A DNA stretch of 64,000 nt from an uncultured Clostridia bacterium (GCA_947589015.1 CANPZF010000001.1:53604-117603), one strand, 5' to 3'. Counted from the first letter of the stretch, positions 38,248 to 49,797 are shown. Notes: generated from the letters alone by a model not told the origin. Translations and numbers: made by a program.

Positions 38248-41200
38248 ATGGGAGTAAAAATAATATATGGAAAACCAGGAAGTGGAAAAAGTGAATACTG
38301 TTATTCTGAAATAGCAAATATAATAGGAAAAGAAAAGAAAATATATATGATAACTCCAGATCAATTTTCATTTACAGCAGAAAGAAAATTAATGGATAAA
38401 ATATCTTCACAAGCCACTGTAAATGCAGAAGTAATTTCACTAAGTAGAATGGCTTATAGAGTAATGAATGAAGTAGGAGGAAGCACTAAAACATATTTAA
38501 CAAAATGTGGTAAAGCTATGCTTATTTATTCAATATTAAATGAAAAAAAGAAAGAGTTAAAATTTTTAGGAAAGTCAGAAGAAAATATAGAATTATGTAT
38601 GCAAGCTATTACAGAATTTAAAAAACATGGCATAGGTTGTCAAAAATTAAAAGAAGAAATTGAACAAACACAAGATAACTATTTAAAAACAAAGCTAATT
38701 GACATGACAACTGTATATGAAGAATTTGAAAATTACATTATGGGTAAATATATAGATGAAACAGATTTATTAACAGTTCTAGCTGAGCAAATAGATAAAA
38801 CAGATTTAGTAAAAAATAGCATCATCTATATAGATGAATTTTCTGGATTTACATATCAAGAATATGAAGTATTAAAAAAATTGGCAAAGCAAGCAAAACA
38901 AGTAAATATAACAATTAATATAGATGAATTAGAAATAGGAACAAATCCAGATACAGACATATATTATTCTAATAAACAAACACTAAAAAAATTATTAGAC
39001 ATATTTGGAAAAAATATTGAATACAAAAAATTAGAAAATCAATATAGATTTAAAACTCCAGAATTAAAACACATCAATGACAATTTATATAACATAAAAT
39101 CCACAAAATATGAAAAAAATGTGGAAAACTTACAATTATTTTTAGCTAAAAACCCATATTCAGAAATAGAAAATGTTGCAAAACAAATAGTAAAATTAGT
39201 AAAAGAAAACGGATTAAGATATAAAGATATATCAATAATAACAAAAAACATAGAAGGTTATTCTTCATTAGTAAGAAGTATATTTAAAAATTATCAAATT
39301 CCGGTTTTTATAGATGAAAAAAGAGAATTAAATCAAAATATAATTGTGCAATATATTTTAGCAGTTATAGAAATATTAAGTAAAAATTTTTCAAATGAAA
39401 GTATATTTCATTATTTAAAATTAGGATTTTGCGATATAGAAAAAGATGAAATTTTTAAGTTAGAAAATTATTGTAATAAATGGGGAATAAATAAGAACAA
39501 ATGGAAAAAAGATTTTATATATGGAATAGAAGAAAATAAAGAGATAGTACAAAGACTAAATGAAATAAGAAAGCAAATAATAAATCCTTTGTTAGAATTA
39601 CGAAACAACTTACAAAACAATAAGACAGGAATTAATTTATCAAAAGAGATATATCAATTTTTACAAAATGAACAAATAGAAGAAAAAATAAACAGAAAGA
39701 TAAAAGAATTACAAGAAAACAATCTAATAGATTTAGCAAATGAATATAGATCAAGTTATAAAATAATTTTAGATATCTTGGACGAAATTGTATTAATTTT
39801 TAGAGATGAAAAAATAACATTTGAGCAATACAGTAAATTACTAAAAATAGCATTAAGTAGCAGTGGATTAGGGAAAATACCTGGAACCAATGACCAAGTA
39901 ACTATGGGAGATGTAGATAGATCTAGAAGCCATAAAGTACAAGCAGTTTTTATAATAGGAATAAATGATGGAATTTTCCCAAGTGTAAGCAAAGAAGAGG
40001 GATTTTTTAATGATGCAGATAGAGAATCTTTAAAAGAAAATGATATAGAGCTAGCAAATGGAACAATAGAAAATTTATATGAAGAAAGATTTAATATTTT
40101 TAAAGCATTTACAACTTCTGAAAGACAAATATTTTTATCATATGCATCTGCTGACGCAGAAGGAAAAACACTAAGACCATCAATATTAATAACAAACATC
40201 AAGAAAATGTTTCCTAATTTAAAAGAAGAAAGTGATGTAATAAATAAAAAATATGAGATAGTAAATGAAAACATTACATATGAAGAACTATTAGGAAAAA
40301 TATCAAAATTAAGTAAGAAAGAAGAAATAGAAAGCATATGGTATAATGTATATCAATACTATAGAAATCAAAATGATTGGTCAGAAAAATTAAAAAAAGA
40401 CTTACAAGCCATATCTTACACAAATTTACCAAAACAAATAAAAAAAGAGAATATAGATAAACTATATGGAAATACTTTAAATACAAGCATATCAAAATTG
40501 GAAAAATATAGAAGTTGTCCATTTTCATATTATTTACAATATGGATTAAAATTAAAAGAAAAAGAAGAATTAAAAATACAAGCATTTAATACAGGCTCAT
40601 TTATGCATGAAGTAATAGACGAATTCTTTGAATATGTACATGATAATAAAATAGCCTTAACAGAATTACAAATAGAACAAATTGTTTCAAATATAATAGA
40701 GGAAAAATTAAAATTAAACAAAAACTACATATTTACTGCAACAGCTAAATATAAAGCTTTAGTAAGAAGATTAAAGAGAATAGTAAGTAAAGCTTTAAAA
40801 TATATTATAGAAACACTAATATATAGCGATTTTTCAATAGAAGGAACAGAAATTGAATTTGCAAACAATGGAAAATATAAACCAATAGTATTAGAACTAG
40901 AAGACGGAAAAAAAGTTGAAATAACGGGAAAAATCGACAGACTAGATGTTGCCATTGGGGACGCTCTTGAATGGCAACCAGATGAACCAAAAGATGACAA
41001 TGAAGATAAACCTAAAAGTCAAAAATATTTAAGAATTATAGACTACAAATCATCAAGTAAAAATATAGATTTAAATGAAGTATATGCAGGATTGCAAATA
41101 CAACTTTTAACATATATGGATGCAGTGTGCAAAGAAGAAGATTTGATGCCAGCTGGAGTGTTTTATTTTTCACTTTTAGAGCAAATGATAAAAGCTGATA

Positions 41201-41631
41201 AAAAAATTTCAGATGAGGAGATAGAAGACCTAATAAGGAAAAACTTTAAAATGAAAGGTTTAATTTTAGCTGATGTGAAAATAATTAGAATGAATGATAG
41301 AACTCTAAAATCAGGAAGTTCTAAAATGGTACCAGCAGCTATTACAGCATCTGGAGAAGTAAATGAAAAGTGGACTAATGGTGTAAACAAAGAGGAATTT
41401 AAGATTTTACAAAAATATATTGATATTATAATAAAAGAAATATCAAAAGAAATTTTAAGTGGAAAAATAGACTTAAAACCATATAATAAAAAGGGAAAAA
41501 CACCGTGTGAGTATTGTGGATATAAAACAATTTGTGGATTTAATCCAAAACTATATAAAAATGAATATAATTATATTGATAAAAAATCAAAAGAGGAAAT
41601 TTTACAAAAAATGAAAGCAAAGAGTATATAA
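38248..41631 (+). CDS. addB: ATP-dependent helicase/nuclease subunit B
   Basis: YGKPGSGKS, SISKLEKYRSCPF, GKIDRLD, IIDYKSS, CEYCGYKTIC. Confidence 0.92.
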   Translation: MGVKIIYGKPGSGKSEYCYSEIANIIGKEKKIYMITPDQFSFTAERKLMDKISSQATVNAEVISLSRMAYRVMNEVGGSTKTYLTKCGKAMLIYSILNEKKKELKFLGKSEENIELCMQAITEFKKHGIGCQKLKEEIEQTQDNYLKTKLIDMTTVYEEFENYIMGKYIDETDLLTVLAEQIDKTDLVKNSIIYIDEFSGFTYQEYEVLKKLAKQAKQVNITINIDELEIGTNPDTDIYYSNKQTLKKLLDIFGKNIEYKKLENQYRFKTPELKHINDNLYNIKSTKYEKNVENLQLFLAKNPYSEIENVAKQIVKLVKENGLRYKDISIITKNIEGYSSLVRSIFKNYQIPVFIDEKRELNQNIIVQYILAVIEILSKNFSNESIFHYLKLGFCDIEKDEIFKLENYCNKWGINKNKWKKDFIYGIEENKEIVQRLNEIRKQIINPLLELRNNLQNNKTGINLSKEIYQFLQNEQIEEKINRKIKELQENNLIDLANEYRSSYKIILDILDEIVLIFRDEKITFEQYSKLLKIALSSSGLGKIPGTNDQVTMGDVDRSRSHKVQAVFIIGINDGIFPSVSKEEGFFNDADRESLKENDIELANGTIENLYEERFNIFKAFTTSERQIFLSYASADAEGKTLRPSILITNIKKMFPNLKEESDVINKKYEIVNENITYEELLGKISKLSKKEEIESIWYNVYQYYRNQNDWSEKLKKDLQAISYTNLPKQIKKENIDKLYGNTLNTSISKLEKYRSCPFSYYLQYGLKLKEKEELKIQAFNTGSFMHEVIDEFFEYVHDNKIALTELQIEQIVSNIIEEKLKLNKNYIFTATAKYKALVRRLKRIVSKALKYIIETLIYSDFSIEGTEIEFANNGKYKPIVLELEDGKKVEITGKIDRLDVAIGDALEWQPDEPKDDNEDKPKSQKYLRIIDYKSSSKNIDLNEVYAGLQIQLLTYMDAVCKEEDLMPAGVFYFSLLEQMIKADKKISDEEIEDLIRKNFKMKGLILADVKIIRMNDRTLKSGSSKMVPAAITASGEVNEKWTNGVNKEEFKILQKYIDIIIKEISKEILSGKIDLKPYNKKGKTPCEYCGYKTICGFNPKLYKNEYNYIDKKSKEEILQKMKAKSI
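40948..40978 (+). repeat. 31-bp REP-like palindrome inside addB (in frame)
   Basis: GTTGCCATTGGGGACGCTCTTGAATGGCAAC; same family at 53592, 53642 and 59983. Confidence 0.75.
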
Positions 41632-41709
41632 AACTTATATTTCAGGGAGGAAGGTTGAAAAATAATTATAATTTTTTTCCAACCAGGATTATGCCTTAGA
41701 AAGAAAGGA

Positions 41710-42561
41710 ATGAAATTAAAAATGGATTTATCTAATGACAATATAATACATGTAAAAAAGGGAGGAATTGAATTTTTGCAGTTTAGGCGATTGCTAGAAT
41801 ATAAAGACATTATTAATCATGCTTATAGCATAGGAACAGATTGGAACTTTAGAACAGCAAGGGCAAATAAACAAAAATTAAGTGATGATGAATATGAAAA
41901 AGCTATAGAAGCTTACAATAAACTATGTATAGAAATAAACACTAAAGCAAATAATTTAGTAAAAACGAATCAAAATCACACAAAGGAAGTAAAAATAATA
42001 CAAAAAAAAATAAAAGAACAAGAACCTGACTTTAACTTAGAAAGATATAGCAACACAGATGGTCTAATAACTGACAAAAAAAATATAATACTTTCTACGA
42101 CAAACGCAGATTGTATATTGCTATTATTTTTTGATCCAGCAAAAAAAGTAATTGCAAATACACATTCTGGCTGGAAAGGTACACTTCAAAGAATTTCTGT
42201 AGTAACAGTAAGAAAAATGATAGAAGTATATGGTTGTAATCCACAAGATATAATTTGTTGTATATGTCCAAGTATAAGAAAATGTCATTTTGAAGTTGAA
42301 AATGATGTAAAAGATATGTTTGAAAATGAATTTCAAGATTTAAAACCTTTTGAAAATTGGATAGAGGAAAAAATACCAAATCAAAAATGGAATATAGATA
42401 CAATTTTTATTAATAAGCAAATATTGTTAAAAGAAAATTTAAAAGAAGAAAATATAATAGATAGTGGTATTTGTAGTGTATGTAATTCAAATTCAATTCA
42501 TTCATTCAGAGTAGAAAAGGAAGGATATGGTTTAAATACAGCTTTAATTGAATTAAAATAA
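41710..42561 (+). CDS. pgeF: PgeF/YfiH-family purine nucleoside phosphorylase
   Basis: QNHT, TDGLIT, NADC, HSGWKG, CPSIRKCHFEV. Confidence 0.85.
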   Translation: MKLKMDLSNDNIIHVKKGGIEFLQFRRLLEYKDIINHAYSIGTDWNFRTARANKQKLSDDEYEKAIEAYNKLCIEINTKANNLVKTNQNHTKEVKIIQKKIKEQEPDFNLERYSNTDGLITDKKNIILSTTNADCILLLFFDPAKKVIANTHSGWKGTLQRISVVTVRKMIEVYGCNPQDIICCICPSIRKCHFEVENDVKDMFENEFQDLKPFENWIEEKIPNQKWNIDTIFINKQILLKENLKEENIIDSGICSVCNSNSIHSFRVEKEGYGLNTALIELK

Positions 42562-42634
42562 TAGTTACTAGCAAAACTAATTCGAAAAAATAAATTAGGA
42601 AATAGAAAAAAATAATACAAAAAGGAGAGTAACA

Positions 42635-43555
42635 ATGATAGTTCCAAATAAATTAAATATTGGGGATACAATAGGAGTTATAGCACCTTCTGATCCAATT
42701 ACTGAAAAAAATATAGAGGAGATAAATCAAACTAAATTGATGTTGGAACAAAAAGATTTTAAAATTAAATATTCTAAAAATCTTTTCTCAAATAAATATG
42801 GTTATAGTAATAGTGCGAAAGAAAAGGCAGAAGATATTAATGAAATGTTTGCAGATAAAGAAGTCAAAATGATATGGTGTGCTAAAGGAGGAGAAAATTC
42901 AAATACAACATTTGAATATATTGACTATGAATTAATAAAACAAAATCCAAAAATTTTATGTGGATATAGTGACATAACGGCTATAGCTAATATGATAACT
43001 CAAAAAACAGGACTTGTGACATTTCATGGAATAAACTTTAAGACTATAGCAACTTCGGAAACAGATTATGGATATAGAGAAGCAATAAAGAGATTTGTTG
43101 ACAAAAATCTAGAAATAGGAGAAAACGAAGAATATCAAACTATACAAGAAGGAAAAGCAGAAGGAGCATTGATTGGTGGAAATTTGAGTTTGATAAGAGC
43201 TTTAACAGGTGGAAAATATAAAGTAGATTTTGAAAATAAAATCTTATTTTTAGAAGAATTAGGATTAGAAACATCACCAGCACTTGCAAGTAATTATTTA
43301 TCATATATGAAGCAAAATGATGTATTTAATAAAATAAGGGGATTATGGATAGGATATTATGAACATGAAAGTAATATAAGTTTAGAACAAGTAATTATGG
43401 ATATATTAGGAGAAAATTATAAATTTCCTATTATAAAATCAAATAATTTTGGACATTTGGATAGAAATACAGTTATTCCAATAGGAACGAAAGCACAAAT
43501 AGATACAACAAAAGATAAGAAAGTACAATTAATAGAAGAATGTGTGAAAGGATAA
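42635..43555 (+). CDS. S66 LD-carboxypeptidase family protein
   Basis: IGVIAPS, AKGG, CGYSDIT, GGNL, LFLEE, FGH. Confidence 0.88.
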   Translation: MIVPNKLNIGDTIGVIAPSDPITEKNIEEINQTKLMLEQKDFKIKYSKNLFSNKYGYSNSAKEKAEDINEMFADKEVKMIWCAKGGENSNTTFEYIDYELIKQNPKILCGYSDITAIANMITQKTGLVTFHGINFKTIATSETDYGYREAIKRFVDKNLEIGENEEYQTIQEGKAEGALIGGNLSLIRALTGGKYKVDFENKILFLEELGLETSPALASNYLSYMKQNDVFNKIRGLWIGYYEHESNISLEQVIMDILGENYKFPIIKSNNFGHLDRNTVIPIGTKAQIDTTKDKKVQLIEECVKG

Positions 43556-43561
43556 AAAGAA

Positions 43562-44119
43562 ATGTTGCAAAAATGGGAAGAATTAGAAGAAGTAGTTAAA
43601 AAATGTAATAAATGTAAATTATGCAGAACTAGACAAAATATAGTGTTTGGAGTAGGAAATAAAAATGCAAAAATAATGTTTATAGGTGAAGGACCAGGTG
43701 CTGACGAGGATAGACTAGGTGAACCGTTTGTGGGAAGAGCTGGCAAACTTATGGATATGGCTTTTGAAGCAGTTGGAATAAAAAGAGAAGATGTATATAT
43801 TGCTAATATTGTAAAATGTAGACCTCCAATGAATAGAGATCCAGAAGATGATGAAGTTGTAGCATGTTTAGATTATTTAAGAAATCAAGTTGTTTTAGTC
43901 AAGCCTGAAATAATTGTCTTATTAGGAAGAATTTCGCTTCAAAATATTTTAGGAAAAGAATATAAAATAACAGCATCTAGAGGAAAGTGGGTTGAGAAAA
44001 AGGGAATAAAATATATGCCAACATGGCATCCAGCAGCTTTACTTAGAGATGAAACTAAAAAGATAGATTTTATTCGTGATTTAAAACTTGTAGTAAAAGA
44101 ATTGCAAGTTAATAATTAA
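43562..44119 (+). CDS. Family 4 uracil-DNA glycosylase
   Basis: CNKCKLC, GEGPG, PFVGRAG, KCRPP, TWHPAALLR. Confidence 0.92.
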   Translation: MLQKWEELEEVVKKCNKCKLCRTRQNIVFGVGNKNAKIMFIGEGPGADEDRLGEPFVGRAGKLMDMAFEAVGIKREDVYIANIVKCRPPMNRDPEDDEVVACLDYLRNQVVLVKPEIIVLLGRISLQNILGKEYKITASRGKWVEKKGIKYMPTWHPAALLRDETKKIDFIRDLKLVVKELQVNN

Positions 44120-44135
44120 AAATTAATAAAAGGTT

Positions 44136-44290
44136 GTCACAAGATAATGCTTTAAAAATTAGCTATGAAAATGCTTATATATTAATATATTTTGTCAAAA
44201 CATATCTGGGGTGTAACAATCTGTGTCTTGACTGCCAATATTAATATATAAGCATTTTCATAGCTAATTTTTAAAGCATTATCCTGCAAC
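44136..44290 (+). mobile_element. MITE family A, copy 3
   Basis: 8-bp direct repeat AAAAGGTT (44128-44135 / 44291-44298). Confidence 0.8.
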
Positions 44291-44404
44291 AAAAGGTTAC
44301 ATAAAATTTAGAAATATATTGCTAAAATGGCAAGAATATGCTATAATTATTAATGTATTAAATAGTAACATAATATTGTCTTTTAATTTATAGGAGGGAC
44401 AAAT

Positions 44405-44719
44405 ATGATAATAGTTAATCGGGAAACTATAACAGGTTCTTATGTAAAAATCAGAAAAAATGGTGAAAGCTCAAAAAAGTTCAAGAAAAACAAAATAGTG
44501 TACGTGATAGAAGATGCTAAAATGAAATCAAAAGAAAAAGACATAAAGGATTATGATGACTTTTTGAAATTATTAGGGGGCATAAGCGCAATAATAGTAA
44601 ATGAAAAAATAGTAGAATTGTATTTTAATGAAGCTAATTATTGGAAAAGGACACCAGAACTTGAAATTATCAATAATATAGGCATTGTACATGCCTTGAA
44701 CCGATTGTTAACTAAATAG
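44405..44719 (+). CDS. Hypothetical protein (104 aa) with in-frame CGG at codon 6
   Basis: GGAGGG RBS; open zero frame; hairpin gggcaccca/tgggtgct downstream. Confidence 0.65.
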   Translation: MIIVNRETITGSYVKIRKNGESSKKFKKNKIVYVIEDAKMKSKEKDIKDYDDFLKLLGGISAIIVNEKIVELYFNEANYWKRTPELEIINNIGIVHALNRLLTK

Positions 44720-44857
44720 TCAAAATGCATGGGCACCCAAAGTTTGGGTGCTTCTTTGCGTAAAAAATTAGTTACGTAAAATTGAATATAAATGTTGATA
44801 TATTAACATTTTTGTTATATAATACACACAATTATATAATTTGAGAGGAGCGATAAA

Positions 44858-47266
44858 ATGGGGTACAACTTCAATGAAATCGAAAAAAAATGGCAAGATT
44901 ATTGGGATAAAAATAAAACATTTGCCACAGACGTGTGGGACTTTTCAAAACCAAAATTTTATGCTTTAGACATGTTTCCATATCCATCTGGACAAGGATT
45001 ACATGTTGGACATCCCGAAGGATATACAGCAACAGATATAGTTTCTAGAATGAAAAGAATGCAAGGATATAATGTTTTACATCCAATGGGGTGGGATGCT
45101 TTCGGTTTACCAGCTGAACAATATGCAATAAAAACTGGAAATCATCCTTCAGAATTTACACAACAAAATATAGCAACATTTAAGAAACAATTAAAAATGT
45201 TAGGATTTTCTTTTGACTGGGACAAAGAAATTTCTACATGTGATCCAGATTATTACAAATGGACACAATGGATTTTTAAACAATTGTATCTAGATGGATA
45301 TGCAAAACTTGTAGATATGCCTGTAAACTGGTGTGAAGAATTAGGTTGTGTACTATCTAATGACGAAGTAATCAATGGAAAAAGTGAAAGAGGAGGATTT
45401 CCTGTTGTTCGTAAAAACATGAAACAATGGGTTTTAGATATTCCTAAATATGCAGATATTTTATTGGAAGGATTAGAAGAAATTGACTGGCCAGAATCTA
45501 CAAAGGAAATTCAAAGAAATTGGATAGGTAGATCAGAAGGAGCAGAAGTAAAGTTCAAAGTTGCTAATAAAGAAAACATTGAATTTACAATATTTACAAC
45601 AAGACCAGATACATTATTTGGAGCTACATATTGTGTATTAGCACCAGAACTTGAATTAGTAAATCAAATCACAACACCAGAACAAAAACAAGCTGTTGAA
45701 GAATACAAAAAGCAAGCAGCTAGTAAATCAGATTTAGAAAGAACAGAACTAAATAAAGATAAGACAGGAGTATTTACTGGCGCATATGCTATAAATCCAG
45801 TAAATGGCAAAGAAATTCCAATTTGGATATCTGATTATGTATTAGCAACTTATGGTACAGGATGCATTATGGCAGTTCCAGCACATGATCAAAGAGACTA
45901 TGAATTTGCTACAAAATTTAACTTACCAATCATACAAGTAGTTTCACCTAATGGAAATGAAAGTAAAACATTAGATTGTGCTTTTACTGATACAAATTCT
46001 GGAGTTTTAATTAACTCTGACTTTTTAAATAATTTATCAGTTAAAGAAGCTCAAACAAAAATAGTTAATTGGCTAGAAGAAAATAAAATAGGAACTAAAA
46101 AAGTAAATTATAAACTTCGTGAATGGATTTTTGCTAGACAACGTTATTGGGGAGAACCAATTCCTATTGTATATTTAGATGATGAGATGAAAGCACTTGC
46201 AGATGAAGATTTACCTTTAATTCTACCAGAATTAGAAGATTATGCACCTTCAAAAGAGGGAAATTCTCCTTTAGATAAGGCAACTGACTGGGTAAACACA
46301 GAATTTGAAGGTAAACCAGCTAAACGCGAAACAAGCACAATGCCAGGTGCTGCGGGTTCTAGTTGGTATTTCTTACGATATATAGATCCAAAAAATCAAT
46401 CTGAAATAGCAAACAAAGAATTAATGAAACATTGGTTACCAGTGGATTTATATGTTGGTGGTCCAGAGCATGCTGTAGGACATTTATTATATTCTAGATT
46501 TTGGAATAATTATTTATATAATAAAGGGATTGTACCTGTTAAAGAACCATTTTATAAACTTCGTCATCAGGGAATGATTTTAGGCTCTAATGGAGAAAAA
46601 ATGAGCAAATCAAAAGGGAATGTTATTAATCCAGATGATATGGTAAAACAATATGGAGCAGATAGCTTAAGAATTTATGAAATGTTTATGGGACCAATTG
46701 ATGCCGCTAAACCATGGGATCCAAATGGAATTGATGGTTCTAAAAAATTCTTAGATAAAGTTTGGAGATTATATACAGAATCAGGAAAAATTAAAGAAGA
46801 AAAAAATAATAATTTGGAGTGGGCTTATCATTATACTGTTAAAAAAGTTACTAATGATTATGAAACAATGAACTTTAATACAGCAATTTCTCAAATGATG
46901 ATATTTATAAATGCTGTAAATAAAGAAGAAATTTTTCCTATTGAATATGCTAAAGGATTTTTACAATTATTAAATCCTGTTGCACCACATATAACAGAAG
47001 AATTGTGGAGTAAATTAGGTAACAAAAATACAATAGCATATGAAAAATGGCCAACTTATGATGAGGCAAAGACAGTTTGTGATGAAATAACTTTACCAAT
47101 TCAATTTAATGGAAAGCTAAAAGCAACTATAAAAATAACACAAGATGAAGAAGAAACTAGTATAAAGCAAAAGGTTCACCAAGAAATAGATTCAAAACTA
47201 GAAGGTAAAACTATTATAAAAGAAATTTATGTAAAAAATAAAATTTATAATATTGTAATTAAATGA
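44858..47266 (+). CDS. leuS: Leucine-tRNA ligase
   Basis: [26 protein letters not shown]. Confidence 0.97.
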   Translation: MGYNFNEIEKKWQDYWDKNKTFATDVWDFSKPKFYALDMFPYPSGQGLHVGHPEGYTATDIVSRMKRMQGYNVLHPMGWDAFGLPAEQYAIKTGNHPSEFTQQNIATFKKQLKMLGFSFDWDKEISTCDPDYYKWTQWIFKQLYLDGYAKLVDMPVNWCEELGCVLSNDEVINGKSERGGFPVVRKNMKQWVLDIPKYADILLEGLEEIDWPESTKEIQRNWIGRSEGAEVKFKVANKENIEFTIFTTRPDTLFGATYCVLAPELELVNQITTPEQKQAVEEYKKQAASKSDLERTELNKDKTGVFTGAYAINPVNGKEIPIWISDYVLATYGTGCIMAVPAHDQRDYEFATKFNLPIIQVVSPNGNESKTLDCAFTDTNSGVLINSDFLNNLSVKEAQTKIVNWLEENKIGTKKVNYKLREWIFARQRYWGEPIPIVYLDDEMKALADEDLPLILPELEDYAPSKEGNSPLDKATDWVNTEFEGKPAKRETSTMPGAAGSSWYFLRYIDPKNQSEIANKELMKHWLPVDLYVGGPEHAVGHLLYSRFWNNYLYNKGIVPVKEPFYKLRHQGMILGSNGEKMSKSKGNVINPDDMVKQYGADSLRIYEMFMGPIDAAKPWDPNGIDGSKKFLDKVWRLYTESGKIKEEKNNNLEWAYHYTVKKVTNDYETMNFNTAISQMMIFINAVNKEEIFPIEYAKGFLQLLNPVAPHITEELWSKLGNKNTIAYEKWPTYDEAKTVCDEITLPIQFNGKLKATIKITQDEEETSIKQKVHQEIDSKLEGKTIIKEIYVKNKIYNIVIK

Positions 47267-47354
47267 TTTGTAACATAAATGTAATACAATGTTAATATTT
47301 TTGAAATATTAACATTGTATAATATATTATAGATTATTTTAAGGAGTTTTGTAG

Positions 47355-48455
47355 ATGAGTGTAAATTCTGAACTAAAGAAAGCAGGTATTGAAGTCATTG
47401 AAGAATTAGATACTATGAAAATTAATTCGATAGCAAGATATATTTCTTCTTCTATATGCGAGAATTTTCCAAACTATGGATTTAATCAAAATGAGCTATT
47501 TATTAGATTATGCCGTGTTAACATGTACCGTGCTAAAATGGCAGAAGGAATGGCAGAGGCAAATTACTTTTACAAAAATAATTCGATTTATTTTAATGAA
47601 CATATTGAACCTGACGATATTGAAGAATTTGCAATTCATGAATGTATACATTTTATTCAAGAGGTAAAAGATAGAAAAAATGATTTGATAAAAATGGGAC
47701 TATGTGATTATACTGAATTTAAAGTATATGGTTTAGGTCTTAATGAGGCTGCAGTTCAGCTAATTTCTTCTAAAATAGTTGGTATTCCTAAAGAATATGT
47801 TAAATATTTTAATATAAGTTTTGAAACTACAAGCCCTTCTTATTATCCTTTAGAATGTTGTTTGGTTAGCCAATTAGGATACTTAGTAGGCGAAGATATT
47901 TTATTTGAAAGTACATTGAAAAGTAATAATAATTTCAAGAATAAATTAATAGAAGCTATTTCATATAAAGCATTTATGACTGTACAAAATTCTATTGATG
48001 ATATTCTTTATACAGAAGAAAAGATTATAAAATTAAATAATAAAATTATCCAAATTGATGATAGAAATAAAAAAGTTGATAATATGTTAAATAAAATAAA
48101 TGAGTTAAAATCTAATATAACATCGACATTTATAAGCACTCAAAATCTTATTATATCCAGCTATTTTGATAATTTATTTGATAAAATAACTAATATGGAG
48201 AATGTAGAAAAATTTAGAAAAAAATTATATGAATTTAAAAGTTATTTAGGATTTACAGAAGGATATACTTTCTTTAACAATTACTATATTGAAATGATGT
48301 CAAAATTAGAGCATAAATCTAATATCATTGAAAATGGTGGTATTGAAACTGCAATGAATATTAATAGCAAAAAACAAAATAAGTTTATTACTTTATTAAA
48401 AGCTATAAAAAGATTAATTTTGGGTGAAAAATATAAAGAAAAAAATTATGAATAA
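47355..48455 (+). CDS. Hypothetical protein with HExxH motif
   Basis: AIHECIHF followed by GLNEAAV. Confidence 0.7.
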   Translation: MSVNSELKKAGIEVIEELDTMKINSIARYISSSICENFPNYGFNQNELFIRLCRVNMYRAKMAEGMAEANYFYKNNSIYFNEHIEPDDIEEFAIHECIHFIQEVKDRKNDLIKMGLCDYTEFKVYGLGLNEAAVQLISSKIVGIPKEYVKYFNISFETTSPSYYPLECCLVSQLGYLVGEDILFESTLKSNNNFKNKLIEAISYKAFMTVQNSIDDILYTEEKIIKLNNKIIQIDDRNKKVDNMLNKINELKSNITSTFISTQNLIISSYFDNLFDKITNMENVEKFRKKLYEFKSYLGFTEGYTFFNNYYIEMMSKLEHKSNIIENGGIETAMNINSKKQNKFITLLKAIKRLILGEKYKEKNYE

Positions 48456-48471
48456 AATATAGAAAGAGCAC

Positions 48472-49797
48472 TTAGATTGTTTCTAAGTGCTTTATAATTT
48501 GCTTTGCAGCTTCTCTTCCAGATTTTGCGGCCCATGCAACAGTTCCTTTTATTCCAGCTAAATCTCCACCTGCAAAAACTTTTTCATCTGATGTTTGATA
48601 GTTATCATTTATATTAATATTTCCAAATTTATTTAATTCTAATCCTAATTTAGATGTATATTCGTCTGGCTTTGAGCCTAAAGCTAATACAACATAATCT
48701 ATATCTATAAAGTCATTACTACCTTCGATATTAATAGGTACTAATCTAGTTTCTCCTTCTTTTTGTACTAATTGTGTTTTTATTGTTTCTATTTTTTCTA
48801 CCTTATCATTACCAATAATTTTTATCATATTTGTTTGGAATATAAATTCAATTCCCTCTGACATTGCATCTTCTACTTCTTTATCTTCTGCTGGCATTTG
48901 CTCTCTTGCCCTTCGATAAATTACTTTTACATTTTTTGCACCCAACATTTTTATAGTTCGAGCACAGTCCATAGCAACATTTCCACCACCAATAACTGCA
49001 ACTGTTTTACCTGTATAATTAGGATGTAATTTGTATTCTAAAAGCTCATTACCGCCATAAACACCTTGCAAATTTTCTCCTTCAATTTCCATTTTACAAG
49101 ATACATTTGCTCCAATACTTAAGAATATTGCATCATAATTTTGTTTTAAATTTTCTAAATTTAAATCTTTTCCTAGTTGCTTGTTATATTCTACTTTTAT
49201 TCCTAAATCTAAAATTCTATCTATAGATTCTTTAACTATTTGTTTTGATAATCTAAATTCAGGGATACCGTGTACTAATAAACCACCTAAATAATTATAT
49301 TTTTCGTATATTGTAACTTGAACACCGCTTTTTGCTAAAAAAGCTGCACATGTAAGCCCAGCAGGTCCGCCTCCAACAATGGCGACTTTCATTTTACTCA
49401 ATTTTTCGTCAATTTTTATATGTTCTTTAAGAGTAAAGTTATTTTCAATTGCTTTTTTAAATATAAATGCTTCAATGTCTCCTATTGAAACAGGCTTATC
49501 TTTTATTCCTCTTACACAAGAGCCTTGACATTGCTTTTTATGTGGACATATTAATCCACATATACCTGGAAGTACTGAGGTTTTTGAAACTATTTCATAT
49601 GCTTTTTTGTAATTTTCTTCTTTTACTGCTTGTATAAAGCCTGGTATATTATTTCCTAAAGGACATCCTTTTATTGAACATGGTTTTACTTTACAGTTTA
49701 AGCAATAATTTGCTTTTTGTTTTATTTCATTTATTTCTTCCATTTTTAATGCAATCCTTTCTAAATATATTTTAGTATTTTTTGTATTTTTAGTCAA
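48472..49797 (-). CDS. GltD/NfnB-like Fe-S flavoprotein oxidoreductase; start probably ATG 49743
   Basis: CLNC..PC..GCP, ICPH..QC..SC, VGGGPAG, IGGGNVAMD, FAGGD. Confidence 0.87.
   Translation of the reverse strand: MTKNTKNTKIYLERIALKMEEINEIKQKANYCLNCKVKPCSIKGCPLGNNIPGFIQAVKEENYKKAYEIVSKTSVLPGICGLICPHKKQCQGSCVRGIKDKPVSIGDIEAFIFKKAIENNFTLKEHIKIDEKLSKMKVAIVGGGPAGLTCAAFLAKSGVQVTIYEKYNYLGGLLVHGIPEFRLSKQIVKESIDRILDLGIKVEYNKQLGKDLNLENLKQNYDAIFLSIGANVSCKMEIEGENLQGVYGGNELLEYKLHPNYTGKTVAVIGGGNVAMDCARTIKMLGAKNVKVIYRRAREQMPAEDKEVEDAMSEGIEFIFQTNMIKIIGNDKVEKIETIKTQLVQKEGETRLVPINIEGSNDFIDIDYVVLALGSKPDEYTSKLGLELNKFGNININDNYQTSDEKVFAGGDLAGIKGTVAWAAKSGREAAKQIIKHLETI

Noticed and set aside
44760-44857. T-box riboswitch upstream of leuS
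   Set aside because: A TTGATA-17-TATAAT promoter lies only about 35 bp before the start codon, and no T-box motif or antiterminator is visible.
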